Below are positions 61,176 to 64,000 of a stretch of DNA of 64,000 nt, piece by piece. The first letter of the stretch is position 1; each line of letters opens with the position of its first letter. Below the pieces are notes generated by a model. The model was given only the letters and a program-made list of their open reading frames with translations, made no database searches and had not been told where the DNA came from. The DNA comes from Macrostomum hystrix (taxonomy: Eukaryota; Animalia; Platyhelminthes): the NCBI GenBank assembly GCA_950097015.1, contig CATNEN010000029.1, positions 4,898,001-4,962,000 of the forward strand, given 5' to 3'. The translations under genes and the position numbers were made by a program.

Positions 61176-63739
61176 AACCTTATCTATCTATTCAGCCTCC
61201 GTCTGCCAGACACAGTAAAATACAGCTTATATAGTTATCAAAATGAGAAGCAGTCAAGCAAAAGATGACGATGGGATAAATTTAGTGCAATCCCATACAT
61301 ACATATTGCGCTGCAGGTGAAATCACATCCGTTACCTGTATGCACATGTATAGTCTGGACATGCCACTGACAATGGTCATGTGATGCAACTGGCGCTCAC
61401 TTTTTAAAGAAGCGACTTGATTTTAAATTTTTCTTCATCAATCAAAAATTCGGAAATCTCCCCCACCCCCACCTCTTATCAGATGGACATTGCCGCAGGC
61501 TGTGTCTGGCGTGTGCGAGGCACCTGCTGAGCTGACGGCCTAAAGTCGGCTCATGTTTTCGACCTCCGGATTCCACAATAAAGCCTTCCACAAATAGAGA
61601 GAAGAGAGAGGAGAGACAAGATATATATTGGAAACAGATCAAGTCGCAACAATGAATGATAACCAGATTTTCCGTGGCGGTATGGTCTTCAAAAATTGGA
61701 CTCCTAGCACAATGAGGAGTGTTGGGAGTGTATTGAGATACGGTCAGACACTCGTGTCATGCTAGGAGCATGTCCCATTGCGCAACTGAGGCACACGACT
61801 CTTAACTCAGCACGTGCCTCCATCACTACTTTCCACCCGTTTCTTTGGATCTGGTTCTTCAGTGATCCCATATTTACTTGACTTTTCCCAATTCTCACTA
61901 ATCCCAATCCGAGAGAGAGTTTCTCCCGTTTCTCACTCATCAGAAATCAGGTTGAAATTGTTGCTTCTTAATGTCTGAAATAATTCAAAAGTCGATAGAG
62001 TGTAAAGATGCTAACCTCAGCATGTTATTTTGAGTGCAATTTCTATTAGCAGACATTGCTAGAATGCTTTCAAGCACCGCTAATGGCATTTGAAAGCTGA
62101 AAGCGTCAGACTGAAGCAACAAGAAGCAGTGAACACTTTCCTTCTTTTGTTAAAAATCAGCGCGCATTCAATTTTATGTAAAAAGCCCGAGGGTTAGCTT
62201 AATTGTCTAGCTTTCATTGTCAATGCAAGGCCACTCGGAGACAGCAGCAGCAGCAGCAGCAGCATAAAATCGGCAGGTTTTTCTAGCTATAAAAAAACAC
62301 CTATAATAAAAAAGCGTCTGTTGCTTTGACAAAGAGAGGAAGTAAATGAGCAGTGATAGTCATCAAGGAAGCTCAGTAAACAGAGACATGATGGAGAGAG
62401 AGAAAAGAGGTAGTTTAATCCACAGCTAGGATCAGCAAAATAACAGTTTGAGTTATTTATGCTGGCCTGAGCAGTTTCTCTCAAAGGCAGATTTCGATAC
62501 CTCGCAATGGTTCATGGAATCCAATGGATTTGACCATTTTTTTCAGGTTGACCTCTTGGCCTTGAAGATTTCTTGTTCAGTTTCTTCATCAATCTGAAAT
62601 CAGATTTTGATTAATTATCGAAATCAAATATTTATCGGTACTATATCCACGCGCCTATCATTTTATGATAATTAACCTTTTAAAAGAAGACTTTGGGCAG
62701 CAGTAGTTATTAAAAAATCTATGGTCTTTCTTAACAATACTGTCTCCTCTTCTTCTTTTCAGACGAATGACTAAGAAATTAGCATAGAGGCATTGTGTGT
62801 GAGGCTCTGGCCCCTATAAGCCCCCAAGGTTCCAAGCTCGATTCGAGGACTGGAAGAATCGTTGTCAGGGCTCCTAGCAACAAGAGCTGAAGAAGATTTT
62901 TCCCCAAATCGAGACACCAGGAAAGTAGGGTGAGACGAGGAAGAATTCTTAAGTAGGTGCGCGGCAATCACTTCTTGTCTATTCCTTTTTTCTATAAGTC
63001 TTCTTTTTAACTTCCTCCAAAGTTTGCGGTATTGAGCGCAGCTTTTGCAAGTTCTGGAAATATTGCTTGACAAGACTCTCATAACAAAGCAATTGTATGA
63101 GGGTGCCCACAGCCTCAGTGTTCGGACTAGAGAAGTTTTTTGTCATACTAAACATCAAGCCTCAAAGCTTGGTGGTGGTAAGTTGAACATAAAAATTTCC
63201 AAGGTTTTGAGTCCATAATTTGTAGATGAAGGAGATGGGATATTTTTGGTATGGGATAAGCATCGGCTTTTTATATTAGGAAAATGTGCGGGTTTCAGGG
63301 GGCCTGAGACTGCAAGTTAACCAAATACCCTCAGCACAATATAAGCATGCTGGTTGATGCGGGATCACCCACCCATTGTGATGTATTAAGAGTGGCTTCC
63401 CCCCCTTATACCCCACAATGACCGGGAAGACAAAAAGTAGCTGAAGGCTTTCGGGGTAAAGCATCTTGCAGAGTGTCTAACTGGGTCCGAGCAACCCACG
63501 TGCCCCGACCAGAGGAGAACTGAGAACTGGTTATTAGTTCTGATGGCGCGTTCAATTGTTTGGGGGCTATAGTAATAAAACTGCTGCTGAAATTCATAAA
63601 GTCATGCAATTAACGGCTTTCTAGAGAATGCAAAAAAACTTTTACGGTTAGAAAGCCGAGTTCACAGAATCCCTTTCAGAAATCCCCAATAGAAATATCT
63701 GTTTAGAAAGCACAGTCTAGAAATCCCATTTAAAAAATC

Positions 63740-64000
63740 TAAGTTCAAAAATCAAAGTTTAGAAATCCATGTTCAGAAATCTGATTTCAGAAATCCCAGT
63801 TCAGAAATCCCACTCCAGAAATCCCACTTCAGAAATCCCACTTCAGAAATCCCAGTTCAGAAATCCCAGTTTAGAAATCTGATTTCAGAAATCCCAGTTC
63901 AGAAATTCCAGTTCAAAAAATCCCAGTTCAGAAATCCCAGTTCAGAAATCCCAGTTCATAAATCCCACTTCAGAAATCCCACTTCAGAAATCCCACTTCA
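63740..64000. repeat. 14-bp minisatellite running off the window end
   Basis: Unit CAGAAATCCCA(G/C)TT. Confidence 0.93.

Noticed and set aside
61910-61950. Minus-strand CTGATGAG-TGA-GAAAC hammerhead-like core (also CTGACGAG at 3851-3856)
   Set aside because: The first has no stem II closing pair and no NUH plus stem I; the second has no GAAA downstream.
62770-63600. Stop-riddled minus frame with CKSC and a basic run; possible decayed transposase or tyrosine recombinase
   Set aside because: No diagnostic catalytic motif could be confirmed without a search.

Overview
Eukaryotic (animal) genomic DNA, not prokaryotic. GC-rich exons with polyAla/polyGln, minisatellite-filled introns, tRNA-derived SINEs and splice acceptors just before start codons resemble the flatworm Macrostomum; the organism is my inference. 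I assembled seven host genes by hand from GT-AG junctions and motif recall: SF3B6 (single exon), RAD54L (5 exons), a short dystroglycan-like TM+tail ORF, SLC17A9-like (4 exons, minus strand), RSPH10B-like MORN protein (12 exons), a secreted PAN/C-type lectin protein (3 exons) and a GCM transcription factor (4-5 exons). The window starts inside an apparently intact Ty3/Gypsy element (minus strand) with LTR, Arg-type PBS, gag, a -1 slippery site plus pseudoknot, and pol. It also holds a decayed Penelope-like element, two SINE families and about 25 tandem arrays, which explain most long ORFs in the supplied track. Best leads: RAD54 lacks an N-terminal ATG and may use a spliced-leader AUG; an ectodomain-less dystroglycan-like gene may be its operon partner; two arrays are amplified exon/intron junctions; a SINE carries a hammerhead-like core; gcm has a perfect GCM site upstream and a frame switch in its tail. 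No database searches were run, so all homology calls rest on recalled motifs.
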